A model generated the notes under the pieces. The model did no database searches, had not been told where the DNA came from, and saw only the letters and a program-made list of their open reading frames with translations. Below, in pieces: positions 15,991 through 16,537 of a DNA stretch of 16,537 nucleotides. Numbering within the stretch: position 1 is the stretch's first letter; each line of letters begins with the position of its first letter. Source of the DNA: a virus (lineage: Duplodnaviria; Heunggongvirae; Uroviricota; Caudoviricetes); IMG/VR virus record IMGVR_UViG_2703718786_000004; one strand, written 5' to 3'. The translations under genes were made by a program, and so were the position numbers.

Positions 15991-16416
15991 TTATTTCCCC
16001 ACCAGCTCGTTTATCTCTTTCACTGTCTGGTTAAACCGCTCTGACTCAAGCTCAACACCTAAGGCCCGACGCCCCAGCGCCATTGCTGCTTTTATTGTGG
16101 AACCGGATCCCATAAAAAAATCAGCAACCAGATCACCAGGTCGACTACTGGCATTGATTATTTGCCTGAGCATATCCGCCGGTTTCTCACACGGATGTTT
16201 ACCCGGGTAGAACTGAACGGGTTTATGCATCCAGACATCGGTATAAGGCACGGAGACAGATACGGAGAAATAGCGCCGGAGAGATTTAAACTCATCCAGC
16301 AATTCAGAATATTTGCGATTCAGTGAATCATAAGATGCCACCAGCTGGTGGTGTGGTTGTTCCAGTTGTTGTTCCTGAAACTTCTCTGTATGAAGTGGCC
16401 AACTGAATTTGTCCAC
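15991..16416 (-). CDS. DNA methyltransferase-like ORF, 141 aa (beta-class N6/N4 C-terminal SAM-binding region only; possibly truncated or degenerate)
   Basis: C-terminal half has the motif pair ...HPCEKP...[14 protein letters not shown]..., typical of the SAM-binding end of beta-class DNA methyltransferases. No canonical DPPY/NPPY catalytic motif is present (closest is SVPYTD). The ORF begins at GTG 16416, and the frame is closed 18 nt upstream by a TAG. Confidence 0.5.
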
Positions 16417-16537
16417 CTGAACAGAGGTGATATGCTAACCTCAGAACAACACAGGTGCTCCAATGAAATAAAGAAATTTCAGCGCAGCGTTTAAACGCGA
16501 ATCTGCTCAACTGGTTGATGACCAGAAATACACGGTG

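Noticed and set aside
16328-16510. 60-aa minus-strand ORF at the right edge
   Set aside because: Overlaps the methyltransferase-like ORF start in another frame, has a low-complexity Thr/Gly tail, and no motif. I checked it as a possible missing N-terminal methyltransferase domain and found no DPPY-like sequence.
1-16537. CRISPR arrays, tRNA or rRNA genes, insertion sequences, integrase or attachment sites
   Set aside because: No spaced direct repeats, no tRNA-like T-arm or cloverleaf segments, no transposase-like ORF or terminal inverted repeats were seen. Integrase and att are expected at the prophage ends, outside this late-region window.

Overview
This window is the late region of a lambda-like (lambdoid) prophage, with essentially every gene on the minus strand. 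In minus-strand (transcription) order it carries: a methyltransferase-like ORF, a phage-21-type lysis cassette (S21-like pinholin, SAR endolysin, Rz with embedded Rz1), a roughly 600-bp gap with hairpins but no convincing gene, a lambda-like cos site (cosQ/cosN/cosB), terminase small and large subunits, a W-like protein, portal, one long ORF fusing a ClpP-like prohead protease to the major capsid protein, two small head/head-tail proteins, then lambda-like tail genes Z, U, V, G, G-T (-1 frameshift), H (tape measure), M, L and the start of K. Calls rest on recalled similarity to lambda and phage 21 proteins, on motifs read directly from the ORF translations, and on start/stop geometry; no database search was run. 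I do not see a multi-gene block that would mark an undescribed system: coding density is near-complete and almost every ORF has a morphogenesis or lysis assignment. The accessory-looking loci are the methyltransferase-like ORF upstream of the holin, the Rz-cos gap where lambda carries bor, and the protease-capsid fusion. Several ORF-track starts are TTG/GTG or overlap artefacts and were re-set using Shine-Dalgarno sequences and homolog N-termini.
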